Below are positions 22,626 through 33,108 of a DNA stretch of 64,000 nt, piece by piece. The DNA lies in the sequence record NC_055721.1, one strand, 5' to 3'. Position 1 is the stretch's first letter. The number at the start of each line of letters is the position of its first letter. Position numbers and translations under genes: made by a program. The stretch is from Escherichia phage EcS1. The notes beneath the pieces were generated by a model. It was not told the origin of the DNA and did not search any database. It saw nothing but the letters and a program-made list of their open reading frames with translations.

Positions 22626-23059
22626 TACTTACCACCAGCTTCAAATACTCTGATATCAAGAATATGTTTAATGCTGAAACCACGAGCCTTTACAGCGTCC
22701 ATAGCACTTGAACAGAATTCAAGCAGAATAGCCCAATATTGCAATTGAGTTTCTACTTTCAACACATTGCTGTCTGCCGACAGAACCATTTTCATTTCTG
22801 ACTTCTCATATTGGTCCATACTCACAGCTTCACCTGGCTCACCACGACCGGTATAAAAATCCAATCGCTTCTTAAGCGCAGTCTTTTTCTGCGCTTCAAT
22901 TCTTAATATCTCTTTTCGACAAGTCGAATGCAGACGCAACCACTTCCCGTATAAAACAGGATTATTAGCAGCTTCATACTGTAACTTGGTTGAATCTATC
23001 TTTAAATCCTTATCTAACTCATCTTGAAACGACTCTAATTTAAACTCTAATCCACTCAT
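22625..23059 (-). CDS. uvsY: UvsY recombination mediator
   Basis: 144 aa; IDSTKLQYEAANN, LRIEAQKK, YEKSEMK, LQYW, RGF.IKHI match recalled T4 UvsY. Confidence 0.92.
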   Translation of the reverse strand: MSGLEFKLESFQDELDKDLKIDSTKLQYEAANNPVLYGKWLRLHSTCRKEILRIEAQKKTALKKRLDFYTGRGEPGEAVSMDQYEKSEMKMVLSADSNVLKVETQLQYWAILLEFCSSAMDAVKARGFSIKHILDIRVFEAGGK

Positions 23060-23116
23060 TAATGTTCCTTAGCAATAAACCCGTAACCCATTATACACAC
23101 CTTCAAAAGAAAGCGT

Positions 23117-23515
23117 TTAACGAGCTGAATTACTAAGTTGAAGCTTGATTTGTTCAACGGTATCCGGGTTGTCTATAATACTAAATTGAACTGTCACAAT
23201 AAGCGTATAACTATCATACAACGGTGTAACATCAACTAATAGTTTATCAATACGAGGTTCAAAGTTACGAATAGCAGATATGATATTACGCTGAGTTGTA
23301 TCTGCTGTAAGTGGTGTCATGTTTTCAAAAAGCTGATCAGACAACTCACATCCAAATTCTGGATTAAAGGGTCGAGACCCTTTACGAGTCGTAATAATGC
23401 CTAACAAACTGTTTTTAACTGCACGAGACCCAGTGGCTTTAGAAATATCGCGATCCCAAGCCATATTCATCTCGGGATCGATATCAGAGTATAATTGATT
23501 TATGTTTTTGATCAT
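23117..23515 (-). CDS. 25: Baseplate wedge protein gp25
   Basis: 132 aa; LYSDIDPEM, SLLGIITTRKGSRPF.PEFGC.LSDQLFENMTPLTADT match recalled T4 gp25. Confidence 0.93.
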   Translation of the reverse strand: MIKNINQLYSDIDPEMNMAWDRDISKATGSRAVKNSLLGIITTRKGSRPFNPEFGCELSDQLFENMTPLTADTTQRNIISAIRNFEPRIDKLLVDVTPLYDSYTLIVTVQFSIIDNPDTVEQIKLQLSNSAR

Positions 23516-24144
23516 TATAGTAGCTTAAAGAATTCTTTAAGTCCTTTAATTACATGAACACTGGTTTCGCCACATTCACATGAAATAGGCACTGCTAATA
23601 CTACTTGTGGTTTTAATAGCATAGCGGTAATGTCTTTTAGTGCTTCACTAGAGATAGCAGCATAAAGATCATCTAATTCTAAATCTGAAAGATCATCTAC
23701 TTTAATGACTGAACCATCAACATCAATGAACTCAATACACTTAGCAACCATCATAGCCATATTAGAGTCATCAAAAAGTTTAGGGTATTTGAACTTGACC
23801 TTAAAGTTAGTGAATTCCCACACCAGGGGCTCAGAGGGAGCATCAATTTGTGCATGTGTAAAGTTAAGTGGCACCTCTTGTTCCCGCTTACAGGCACACA
23901 CCCACGTATGCTCATGATTAACTTCACCTAATGAATGAGCCCAAAGTTTAATGACAAGCAATTCAGATTCTTGGCGATTAAGGTTATCAGCATCAGTACA
24001 GTTTTTAATCAGTTCTACGATGGCTAAGTCTAATGTTCCCTTAAGCTTTGCATGCATAAGGTCTTTATATTCTCTAAGAGTAAATGCTCGGCAATTAACC
24101 ACTTTACCTGAGACATGTACTGTAAATTTATATTCAAAGTTCAT
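23515..24144 (-). CDS. 26: Baseplate hub subunit gp26
   Basis: 209 aa, synteny 25-26 divergent from 51. Confidence 0.8.
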   Translation of the reverse strand: MNFEYKFTVHVSGKVVNCRAFTLREYKDLMHAKLKGTLDLAIVELIKNCTDADNLNRQESELLVIKLWAHSLGEVNHEHTWVCACKREQEVPLNFTHAQIDAPSEPLVWEFTNFKVKFKYPKLFDDSNMAMMVAKCIEFIDVDGSVIKVDDLSDLELDDLYAAISSEALKDITAMLLKPQVVLAVPISCECGETSVHVIKGLKEFFKLL

Positions 24145-24170
24145 AAAATAGTTCCTCTTATATGTGTATT

Positions 24171-24178
24171 TATAAATA
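24171..24178 (+). promoter_or_regulatory. Late promoter TATAAATA upstream of gene 51
   Basis: Perfect box 17 nt before ATG. Confidence 0.6.
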
Positions 24179-24194
24179 GATGAAAGGAGATACT

Positions 24195-24947
24195 ATGGCT
24201 AATATCGTACGTTGCAATTTGCCTGATGGTACTCATCGTTTCAAGCCGTTCACAGTCGCAGATTATCGAGATTTCTTGTTAGTTCGAAATGACATGAACA
24301 CTAAATCAAAAGAAGAACAAATCGAATTGCTTGACGATCTCTTAGATGATTATTTCGATGAATATCCTAAATCATGGCGCCCTTACATTTTTATTTCAGT
24401 TTTTACTTCATCTATCGGTAAAACAAAAATACCTGTAGCATATGAATGTTCTAAATGTGGTAACACAAAACGATTCATGATTAACCTGGCCCAACCGCCA
24501 TTAACAGCTCCAACCATTGAATGCTCAGGTGTCAAAATCAAATTCAAATACCCAAATGAATTCACTGATGACTTAGTCCAATTAGTCGCTGACAATATCG
24601 ATTCAGTCGAAGACAGTGAAGCTGTTTATAAGTGGGATGAACTTGATAATGAAACTAAAGTTCAAGTGATTGATTCTATTGATTACAAATCATTTGAAGC
24701 TCTTATCAAGAAAATGAAACCACTTTATATAGAAGTTAATTACGGCTGCTGTACAAAACACCAATATGTTTATGATTCATTAGTAGATGTATTTAAATTA
24801 TTATTGAACCCAGATGAAGTCTTTTCTTTTTATCAAGTGAATCATCTTTTAGTTAAAAGTCATTATGACTTAAATTCTGTTATGAGTATGATTCCAATTG
24901 AAAGAAGTATTGCTTTATCATTAGTCGAAAAGGACCTTAAGAAATGA
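24195..24947 (+). CDS. 51: Baseplate hub assembly protein gp51 (start chosen at second ATG after AAAGGAGA RBS)
   Basis: Synteny; TATAAATA box at 24171-24178; RBS aaggaga then ATG at 24195. Confidence 0.8.
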   Translation: MANIVRCNLPDGTHRFKPFTVADYRDFLLVRNDMNTKSKEEQIELLDDLLDDYFDEYPKSWRPYIFISVFTSSIGKTKIPVAYECSKCGNTKRFMINLAQPPLTAPTIECSGVKIKFKYPNEFTDDLVQLVADNIDSVEDSEAVYKWDELDNETKVQVIDSIDYKSFEALIKKMKPLYIEVNYGCCTKHQYVYDSLVDVFKLLLNPDEVFSFYQVNHLLVKSHYDLNSVMSMIPIERSIALSLVEKDLKK

Positions 24948-26152
24948 CCAAAACAGTCCAGATGGCTGGGTATCCTAATATTAGTATCAAGCTATATGAA
25001 AACTATGATGCTTGGCTTGAAAATAGATTTGTTGAACTTGCTGCTACATTCACTACACTCACAATGAGAGATGGACTTTATGGAAACAATGAAGGCCTTC
25101 TTCAGTTCTATGATAACAAGAATCTCCATACTAAAATGGATGGTGAACAAGTCATTCAGATTTCTGTAGCTAATGCTAACACTCAAAGAACATTATCTCG
25201 TATCTATGGATGTAAACACTTTGCTGTAGGTGTTGACTCTAAAAGTGATAACATCATTACGATTCAATTAGCACCAATTCATATTTTAGAAGACTTGAAA
25301 TTCTCAAGAACATTTTTTGCTAATGCCTCACAAAGTATTAACGAAATGATTAACGTCATCTATCAAGACCGACCGTTAATTGCACCACCCGTTGAATCAC
25401 TTAACATATATGTTCCTAAGGTTCCATGGTGTGGCAATGTTCCTAAATACTATGACTTCGTTCGCGATACTGGGTTAGCTGTTGATTCTGACCAATTCGT
25501 TTTTGTTTGGGAAGATATCCAAGGCATCAGGTTCATGGATTATCAACAAATGACTGCTCAAGAAGCTAAAACATTTGTTGTTGGTGAACCAAGACTAATT
25601 GGACAATATGTTAATCAATTAGAAACACCTATCGCATTTGACTTTGAATGGCTAACTAAAGCTAACCAACACACACGTAAGCCAATGACTAACGTTACGA
25701 TATATGCTCATTCATTTATGGATAAAGAGGTTACTCGTATTGTTGTTGGTGAAGGACAAAATAGTGTATTAGTTTCACGTTCAGGTGCTTATGCTGAACA
25801 GATTTATCGTAACGGTTATGAAGAAGCATTGCGATTAGGAACAATGGCTCAATACGATGGTTATGCTCACGTGAAGGTATACGGTGACTTTGAATTATGC
25901 CCAGGTCAAAAATTAAACTTTGCTGATATTAAGAACCAATTCGTATCTGATTTTTATATTGATGAAGTGATTCATGAAATAAGCAATAATCAATCAATCA
26001 CTAACATCTATGCATTTACAAATGGTAAGCCGATTACACCGGTAGAACCAATTAAGGTGAAAAATGAACTTAAAACTTATAATCCCGATGAAGACATTGA
26101 AACTGAATGGGAAGGACCTCAAGATCCCGAAACTGGGACTGAAACACCATAA
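24944..26152 (+). CDS. 27: Baseplate hub subunit gp27
   Basis: 402 aa, synteny. Confidence 0.85.
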   Translation: MTKTVQMAGYPNISIKLYENYDAWLENRFVELAATFTTLTMRDGLYGNNEGLLQFYDNKNLHTKMDGEQVIQISVANANTQRTLSRIYGCKHFAVGVDSKSDNIITIQLAPIHILEDLKFSRTFFANASQSINEMINVIYQDRPLIAPPVESLNIYVPKVPWCGNVPKYYDFVRDTGLAVDSDQFVFVWEDIQGIRFMDYQQMTAQEAKTFVVGEPRLIGQYVNQLETPIAFDFEWLTKANQHTRKPMTNVTIYAHSFMDKEVTRIVVGEGQNSVLVSRSGAYAEQIYRNGYEEALRLGTMAQYDGYAHVKVYGDFELCPGQKLNFADIKNQFVSDFYIDEVIHEISNNQSITNIYAFTNGKPITPVEPIKVKNELKTYNPDEDIETEWEGPQDPETGTETP

Positions 26153-26606
26153 ACTAGTTCGTGATGTCCGCGGCCCAGATGAGAATCTTAAAATACTAAT
26201 GGATTCTATATGTCCTGGTTTAACGGCTGCTGAAACAGATTTCGTTGCTCTTCATGTATTAGCATTTAATAATCGTTTGAAAGATGAAGTCACAATAGAT
26301 GGCTTCACTTATAAATTGAATGACATTTATATTTGTCAACGATTAGAACAACAATTTGCTGGTCATACATTCTATTTCAGGTCTAATAAGCCATTTGAAC
26401 AGTTCGGACCAGTCGATGATGTATTAGAGAAATGTTTCTTAAAAGTAGATAATTCTACCGAATGCCCTGATTTCATGGGTATGCCTGCATTTGTTTCTAA
26501 ATGGGCTGATGATATTACTTCGACTGTAGCTATTCCTGGTCCTAATGGCCCTATCAAAGGAATAATACCTATTATGGACATTTTAAATGATTCAACCAAA
26601 CAGTGA
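26064..26606 (+). CDS. 28: Baseplate hub distal subunit gp28 (start uncertain; overlaps gp27 end by 89 nt)
   Basis: 180 aa vs about 177 aa in T4; AAGGTGA RBS upstream of 26064. Confidence 0.7.
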   Translation: MNLKLIIPMKTLKLNGKDLKIPKLGLKHHKLVRDVRGPDENLKILMDSICPGLTAAETDFVALHVLAFNNRLKDEVTIDGFTYKLNDIYICQRLEQQFAGHTFYFRSNKPFEQFGPVDDVLEKCFLKVDNSTECPDFMGMPAFVSKWADDITSTVAIPGPNGPIKGIIPIMDILNDSTKQ

Positions 26607-28353
26607 TAAAACTACATTACGTCGTAAGAAAAAAATAGAAGATGGCGAACCTGAGCGTAAAGCTCAGGGGGCAGCATCAGATCAAACTGTTGTCCTTAAT
26701 GATATATCTGCTAAATTAACCGACGTACAAGCAGCAACTGAACTAATTTCAGATACGGTTGAAGCTAAAGGTAATCAAATATTAGGAAGCATTGATGGGC
26801 TTTCTAAAGGTCTAGAAAATGTAGAAGCGGCCTCAGAATTAGCGGCTGAAGCTTCAGAGAAAACAACTGAACAAGTTTCTAAACTCAATGATGTTGCTTC
26901 AGCTATTTCAGATAAATTAGCTAAGCTTTCAGAGATGTTCGAGCATAAGCTTTTTGGTGCATCTGATTTTGTTGGCCCACAACCTTCAGCATCTCCTGAT
27001 TCATCTTTACTTGAAGCAATTAAAGCTGCAATGCCTCTTGAAGTAATTCAGCCATCGTTGAATGAATTACTTGAAAAACTATTACCAGGAGGACAACCGC
27101 CAGAACCGCCAACTCCTCCACCTGAAGACCCTCCTGCAGAAGAGAAACCTTCTAAAGAAAAACCAGGTAAGAGTGAAGATTCTAAATTAGATGATTTGAT
27201 TAAAATCACTAAAGGAGGATTCAAAGCTTCAGTAGGTGTGTCTGACAAAATTGCTGGTATGTTGTTCAAATATACATTGACAGCAGCAGCCGAAGCAGCT
27301 AAATTAGCCGGGATGATGTTTGCACTTATTTTAGGTATTGATCTTATTAGAATTCATTTCAAATATTGGAGCGATTTGTTTAATAAGAGTTTTGAAGAGT
27401 TCTTTGCTAAAGCTGAAGAATGGGGACCTTTAATTCAATCAGTTGTTGAGATGGCTAAAAATATTTCTACAATGTGGGACGAAAAGAATTGGTCTGGTCT
27501 TGCAGGTGCTATTATTAAAGGCATCGGTGATATTACTATTGCATTAGCTGATTTAATGTTCTTAGGCATCACTAAAATTACGGCTGCAATGCTTCGTGCA
27601 ATGGGTATGGATGATAAAGCCTTAACTGTAGAAGGTTATGGTTTAGAACAATTCCAAAAATCAGGTGCAGTTCTTGATGAACAAGACCAAGATACTTTGG
27701 CTCGTTATCAAGATCGTAATATGCAAAAAGATACTAAGAAAAAAACTGAAACAGCTGAAAGGTACAAAAATAGCAAAGCGGCTCGTGAACAAGCAGTTAA
27801 TTATGGGTCTCTGACAAAAGAAGAAGCTGCTCAAATCGAAGCTGGTACTTATGGCAAAGAGAATGAAATTGCTAATCTTCCTGAAGATCAACGTATTAAA
27901 GCTATCAAGGCTCGTAATGAAACTCAAGCTGCATTAAAACGTACTAATGATTTAACAGCGACAACTCGAAGCAGTGATACTTCGCGCATCGAAAATCTCG
28001 ATAAATCTATTGACTCAATTGGTAAGCGTTTAGCTGATCCTGCATTAGCTAAAACACCTAAGCTTCGTAAAGACATGGAAGGCGAATTAGGTAAATTAAC
28101 GGCTGCAGTAGATAAGCTTAAAGCAGATGCTAAGGTAGCTCCAGCTCCGGTTGAAGAACAAGAAGATACTCAAAAATCTAATCGTATTGAACAACAGAAA
28201 CGAGCTAATGAAGCAGCTAAAAATGCTCCAGCATCAAATGCTCAAGTCACTAACAATACTGTTGTAAATAAGACTAGTAAAACCAATGTTACTGTGCCAC
28301 CTACAAGTTCAACTCCTGCTCCAGGCATGGGTGGCTCACGAAGGGTTAATTAA
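26587..28353 (+). CDS. 29: Baseplate hub subunit / tail length determinator gp29
   Basis: 588 aa; Pro-rich linker PPEPPTPPPEDPP; synteny. Confidence 0.85.
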   Translation: MIQPNSDKTTLRRKKKIEDGEPERKAQGAASDQTVVLNDISAKLTDVQAATELISDTVEAKGNQILGSIDGLSKGLENVEAASELAAEASEKTTEQVSKLNDVASAISDKLAKLSEMFEHKLFGASDFVGPQPSASPDSSLLEAIKAAMPLEVIQPSLNELLEKLLPGGQPPEPPTPPPEDPPAEEKPSKEKPGKSEDSKLDDLIKITKGGFKASVGVSDKIAGMLFKYTLTAAAEAAKLAGMMFALILGIDLIRIHFKYWSDLFNKSFEEFFAKAEEWGPLIQSVVEMAKNISTMWDEKNWSGLAGAIIKGIGDITIALADLMFLGITKITAAMLRAMGMDDKALTVEGYGLEQFQKSGAVLDEQDQDTLARYQDRNMQKDTKKKTETAERYKNSKAAREQAVNYGSLTKEEAAQIEAGTYGKENEIANLPEDQRIKAIKARNETQAALKRTNDLTATTRSSDTSRIENLDKSIDSIGKRLADPALAKTPKLRKDMEGELGKLTAAVDKLKADAKVAPAPVEEQEDTQKSNRIEQQKRANEAAKNAPASNAQVTNNTVVNKTSKTNVTVPPTSSTPAPGMGGSRRVN

Positions 28354-28361
28354 GGAATATT

Positions 28362-29420
28362 ATGGACATCAAAATTTTAGATGATTTCAAAGATAAGTTT
28401 GATTCACTTATTGGCGAAAAAACATCTGCCGGACAAAGTAAAGTTCAACCAATGAGAAAAACCATTAGCGCTCAATATCCGGCTGAGCGCGCCTCAGGCA
28501 ATGATGGTATAGACGATTTACGCATTAACGATCTTTATAAAAATGGGCTGTTATTTACAGCCTATGATTATAAATCAAGAACAACTCCTGATTTACGTTC
28601 AATGCGTTCATCTGTTATTGAAAGTGTTCGTAATAGTTTTGACCCTGTGAAAGGCACCACTGTTGGTGCCGGAACTCAATTCGATAAGAATCCTATTGCT
28701 AATATATTGTTACCACGTTCTAAATCTGACACCGATTCTATTTCGCATAAGTTCAATGATGTGGGTGAATCACTTATTACTCGTGGTGCAGGGACGGCCA
28801 CTGGTGTTTTAAGTAATGTCGCTTCTACCACAGTATTTGGTGCCATTGAATCAATTACTCAAGGTTGGATGTCAGACCATGGTGAACAGATTTATAACAC
28901 AGCACGTTCAATGTATGCTGGCCCTGATAATAGAAGCAAAGTATTCACGTGGGACTTAACCCCACGAAATGTTCAAGACTTAATTCAAATCATTAACATC
29001 TATGAGACCTTTAACTATTTCTCATATGGTGAAACAGGCAATAGTAATTTTGCTGCTGATTTGAAAGAACAGATTGACTCATGGTACAAAACCACATTCA
29101 TTAATAATCTGACACCAACAGGAGCTGACACTTCAAATACGATGATGGAACAAGTTACTTCGTTCTTGAGTAATGTCATTGTTGTGAGTAATCCAACAGT
29201 TTGGTTTATTCGTAACTTTGGTAAAACATCATCGTTTGACGGTCGCCCAGATGTGTTTGGGCCTTGTCAAATACAAAGTATAAGATTTGATAAGTCACCA
29301 AATGGTAATTTTAATGGATTGGCTATTGCTCCTAACTTACCAAGTTCATTCGTATTGGAAATCACTTTCCGTGAAATCTTGACATTGAACCGTGGAACTC
29401 TTTATAATGGAGCTCTATAA
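28362..29420 (+). CDS. 48: Baseplate tail-tube cap gp48
   Basis: 352 aa, synteny 29-48-54. Confidence 0.85.
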   Translation: MDIKILDDFKDKFDSLIGEKTSAGQSKVQPMRKTISAQYPAERASGNDGIDDLRINDLYKNGLLFTAYDYKSRTTPDLRSMRSSVIESVRNSFDPVKGTTVGAGTQFDKNPIANILLPRSKSDTDSISHKFNDVGESLITRGAGTATGVLSNVASTTVFGAIESITQGWMSDHGEQIYNTARSMYAGPDNRSKVFTWDLTPRNVQDLIQIINIYETFNYFSYGETGNSNFAADLKEQIDSWYKTTFINNLTPTGADTSNTMMEQVTSFLSNVIVVSNPTVWFIRNFGKTSSFDGRPDVFGPCQIQSIRFDKSPNGNFNGLAIAPNLPSSFVLEITFREILTLNRGTLYNGAL

Positions 29421-30385
29421 TGTTTACATTAGAAGAATTTAAAAACCAAGCTGGGAATATAGATTTTCAGCGTACCAACCTTTTTAGTGTAGTCTTCGCG
29501 ACTACACCATCAAGTAAATCACAACAACTGCTCGATCAATTTGGCGGCATGATATTCAACAACATTGCATTAGATTCTGATTGGTTAGGGTTAAAGCCTG
29601 GAGATATTACTCAGGCAGTAACGTCTATAGCCGTCGCTGGCGGTCAGCAATTGATTCGTAAGTCAGGTATAAGTAAATATCTGATTGGTGCGATGTCCAA
29701 CAGGGTTGTGCAGAGCTTACTAGGTGAGTTCCAAGTAGGAACTTATCTTTTGGACTTCTTCAATATGGCATTCCCTACTTCAGGTTTAATGGTATCAGCA
29801 GTCAAATTGCCTGAGAACCAATTACAACATGAAATGGATTTGAATCATAATGCGCCAAACATTAGAATCACTGGTCGTGATTATACTCCTTTGATTCTTA
29901 CATTCCGTATGGACCCTGAAGCAAGTAACTTTCGTGCAATGCATGATTGGGTGAATGCAGTCCAAGACCCAGTAACAGGTTTACGAGCTTTACCTGAAGA
30001 TGTTGAAGCTGATATTCAAGTTAACTTACACGCACGTAATGGTTTACCACATACCGTAGTAATGATGCAAGGGTGTGTGCCTGTGGGCGTAGGAGCCCCT
30101 GAATTAACTTATGATGGTGATAATCAGATAGCTATTTTCGATGTGACCTTCGCATACAGAGTGATGTCTGTTGGTGCTGTAGGACGTCAAGCCGCATACG
30201 ATTGGTTAGAAGATAAAGCCATAAACGTTATAACTGGTATCAATGGCGATATGAGTATGAATTCATTACTTCCAAGATTAAGTCGCTTAGGCGGAGCAGG
30301 AGGTGGTATAAGTCAGATAGTTACTGGCGCAGGACGAGCTACAGGAGCATGGAATACTCAGTCGAGGATTTTAGGCGGGATATAA
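29420..30385 (+). CDS. 54: Baseplate tail-tube initiator gp54
   Basis: 321 aa, synteny. Confidence 0.85.
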   Translation: MFTLEEFKNQAGNIDFQRTNLFSVVFATTPSSKSQQLLDQFGGMIFNNIALDSDWLGLKPGDITQAVTSIAVAGGQQLIRKSGISKYLIGAMSNRVVQSLLGEFQVGTYLLDFFNMAFPTSGLMVSAVKLPENQLQHEMDLNHNAPNIRITGRDYTPLILTFRMDPEASNFRAMHDWVNAVQDPVTGLRALPEDVEADIQVNLHARNGLPHTVVMMQGCVPVGVGAPELTYDGDNQIAIFDVTFAYRVMSVGAVGRQAAYDWLEDKAINVITGINGDMSMNSLLPRLSRLGGAGGGISQIVTGAGRATGAWNTQSRILGGI

Positions 30386-30409
30386 AAAAAGGGAGAGCTA
30401 AGCTCTCCC
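30386..30409. terminator. Terminator hairpin between gene 54 and minus-strand ORF 30418..30729
   Basis: AAAAAAA-GGGAGAGCT-A-AGCTCTCCC. Confidence 0.65.
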
Positions 30410-30417
30410 TTCAGGGT

Positions 30418-30729
30418 TTAGTTACGGAAACCAATGAAAGCTGGAATTTCAAGGAACAAACTTGTGAATTGCTCTTTACCTTCAAGAGATTTATGGAAGA
30501 ACTTCACTGATACTGGGAATTCACCTTCAATTTTGCCATGAAGGATACCGTCAACAATTGTTTCAGATTGTTCTTCTTTACCAAAGATTTCTTGAGGAAT
30601 CATTAGAACATCATATTGCTCAGGTGATTTAAAAATCTGAGATGAGGCTTTTAATGCAAACTCATCAGAAATAGGAGTAACATTTTCAACAACGATTTCA
30701 GTTTGGTTAATACGTAAGATAGATTTCAT
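30418..30729 (-). CDS. Hypothetical protein (alt.-x region)
   Basis: 103 aa ORF with own sigma70-like promoter and SD in hairpin. Confidence 0.5.
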   Translation of the reverse strand: MKSILRINQTEIVVENVTPISDEFALKASSQIFKSPEQYDVLMIPQEIFGKEEQSETIVDGILHGKIEGEFPVSVKFFHKSLEGKEQFTSLFLEIPAFIGFRN

Positions 30730-30757
30730 AATAAGTTCCTCATGTGATTGAGGTTCT

Positions 30758-30786
30758 ATAGTACCACATCCTTGTGGTGTTGTAAA
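30758..30786 (-). promoter_or_regulatory. Sigma70-like early promoter (TTTACA-17-TACTAT) for ORF 30418..30729; -35 overlaps alt stop
   Basis: Hexamers and 17-nt spacer read on minus strand. Confidence 0.45.
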
Positions 30787-32850
30787 CTACCCTTGAATAA
30801 AACGTTCTGGGATTTCTTGGATGTCTATTAAAGAAGCTAAAAGAGCTAGTCCTTCTTTGTTAGGATTAGGCTTTGAAGCCTTCACAAATGAGGTAAAGTT
30901 CAATGGTTCAGAAGTGTCCATAGCAACAAGTTCACCATTCTCAAACAATGCATCACCATCATACACTATAGTAGATTCTTCAATTTGTTCTGAAGTCATG
31001 ATTTCAGCTTGAATGAACTTTTGGTTACTATATTGAATACCGTCATTATAAGAAGCATCAGTTATAGAATTAATGGATACCATTGTTCCACGAGGTAAAA
31101 TGATTTCCATTTCAGAAGGCATATTACTCAAATCACCAGGGAAGATGACGTTAATTTTATGACCACCATCAATAGCCCAACCAACTGTAACTCTGATATC
31201 ATTTTCAAATTGGCCTGGCATATCTTTTGCTTCTTCGGAACCTGCATCAATGTTAAGTTCACTACGAACTTCTTCAGGAGCTAAACCAATAGCCGAATTT
31301 CCTTTCCAACCACCAAAGATGATAGGAGCTAATGAAGTAGAAACATAATTACGGAAATAGAATACACGGTTTTTAATCAATGATTCCCAAATAGGCTTAC
31401 GTATAGTTTGAGAACGCCATAACGTAATATTTTCTGGGATGCGGTCACCACGTTCAAAAGCAGCATCAATTCCATCAATAGCTTCTAAGACTTCATAGCG
31501 ATTCATTATATTGCTACTTTGCTCAGACCAACGGCCAAGCAAATAATCATTAATATCATGATAACCAGAACCAACATATTCTCTGATACCACGTTGCTCT
31601 TTTACTGGATATTGTAAAGGAGTACGAGAGCCAGCTATACCATTAATATTATCTGATACGTTTTTGGCATAGTTTTGAAGTGATTCTTTGATGAACTTAG
31701 TTCTTAACATAGTCCATTCAGCTTGAGCACGTTCTTTTGACATGCCATAATTATCATCCAATTGTTTATCTATAAAATCTTCTTTAAAATCTTCAGTCAT
31801 ATCCATGCATAATTTAGCATATTCTTGCATACTTTTAACAGAAGTTAAAGGAGCTTGACCTATATTTTTAATTAAAACTTCAGTCATTCGATCTGACATT
31901 CTAGCAATAGTATCTTCATCAATAAATCTTAAATTTTTTAATCTATAACCAATACCGTTGACGGCTCTTTCTGCTGATCTTGTTCTAGCAGCCTTAGAAG
32001 TTAGCACCAATTCTAATTCGCGTGCTTCTGGGACTAAATTAGCAGTTGCCGGCTTATTAAACTTAGAAGCTCTGGCTTCAATTTCATCCCATTTAGGGTC
32101 ACTAAATGAATCCGTAGCCATTGATTGGGATGCAGCTACTTGTCGGCGCGAAACCTTAGTACGATTAATTACTGAACGATCTGAACGATCTTTTTCAATT
32201 TCAGCAATAGAACCAGCAAAAGCTTCATCTTTAGTTACATTTTCGCCTGTTTTCTTAGAAACATACACATCGCCGACCTTAGATTCAACCTTAGTGTATA
32301 GCTCAGAATTGATTTCAGGGATGCCAGAGATATCCTCTAGACCACGAGACTTACGATAGATAAGAATATATGCGTGCTTTGAAGTAAATGTATAGAGCGC
32401 ATCCAGGACTTTAAATTGACCACCTGTACGAGCCATTACCAGACGTTGCATGATGCGTTGAACAGTTCGTTCTTGGCCTTTCATTTTCTTGGCCGGGAAA
32501 CGGAACATCACAGCATCCATACGGTTCTTTTTAACTACTGAATACACAGTGTCGAAGATAGTATTCAATGCACCTACAGGATCGGAACCTAATCCACCTT
32601 TAAGTTCAGCAGGTGTTCCTTTATCACTTAGTGACATCAGAATAACGTGTGCGTATTTGTCGCCTTGTTTAATCTGTTTAGTCGCATCACCTTGAGACAA
32701 ATATGAAACCATACGAGCAACTAGCTTATCATTACCTGGAACTTTAATAGACCAGAGTTGTGGAACTTTTGCTTTTGGGTTCAAATCAATGACTGGATAT
32801 CCATTTTCGGATTCGCTGTCAAAAACTTCAACCAATAAATTATCAGTCAT
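30787..32850 (-). CDS. alt: Alt, packaged ADP-ribosyltransferase
   Basis: 687 aa; QKRGIREYVGSGY, NRVFYFRNFVSTSL, EMEVILPRG, LIQAEVMT-like blocks match recalled T4 Alt. Confidence 0.9.
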   Translation of the reverse strand: MTDNLLVEVFDSESENGYPVIDLNPKAKVPQLWSIKVPGNDKLVARMVSYLSQGDATKQIKQGDKYAHVILMSLSDKGTPAELKGGLGSDPVGALNTIFDTVYSVVKKNRMDAVMFRFPAKKMKGQERTVQRIMQRLVMARTGGQFKVLDALYTFTSKHAYILIYRKSRGLEDISGIPEINSELYTKVESKVGDVYVSKKTGENVTKDEAFAGSIAEIEKDRSDRSVINRTKVSRRQVAASQSMATDSFSDPKWDEIEARASKFNKPATANLVPEARELELVLTSKAARTRSAERAVNGIGYRLKNLRFIDEDTIARMSDRMTEVLIKNIGQAPLTSVKSMQEYAKLCMDMTEDFKEDFIDKQLDDNYGMSKERAQAEWTMLRTKFIKESLQNYAKNVSDNINGIAGSRTPLQYPVKEQRGIREYVGSGYHDINDYLLGRWSEQSSNIMNRYEVLEAIDGIDAAFERGDRIPENITLWRSQTIRKPIWESLIKNRVFYFRNYVSTSLAPIIFGGWKGNSAIGLAPEEVRSELNIDAGSEEAKDMPGQFENDIRVTVGWAIDGGHKINVIFPGDLSNMPSEMEIILPRGTMVSINSITDASYNDGIQYSNQKFIQAEIMTSEQIEESTIVYDGDALFENGELVAMDTSEPLNFTSFVKASKPNPNKEGLALLASLIDIQEIPERFIQG

Positions 32851-32897
32851 AGTGTTACCTTTAGCAGTTTATTATATTCTAGTATTTATGCCCAAAA

Positions 32898-32913
32898 GGA
32901 GCCCGAAGGCTCC
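32898..32913 (-). other. Intercistronic hairpin GGAGCC-CGAA-GGCTCC upstream of alt
   Basis: Read directly. Confidence 0.55.
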
Positions 32914-33108
32914 TTAAGCTGCAGATATTGGCAATAACGTACGATAGACTTCAAAATACGGTGCTTTTTCATATGAGTCTAAAGTGTTATCTCTGAATTC
33001 ACGATAAGCAGTCATATCAAAAAAATCAAGAATAATTTGAGAACAAGAGGTGGAAACATCTCCACCTTCTTTACGAGCGATAACAACTGTTTCTAAGTAA
33101 GCTTTCAT
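32914..33108 (-). CDS. Hypothetical small protein
   Basis: 64 aa ORF overlapping ligase stop by 4 nt. Confidence 0.35.
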   Translation of the reverse strand: MKAYLETVVIARKEGGDVSTSCSQIILDFFDMTAYREFRDNTLDSYEKAPYFEVYRTLLPISAA

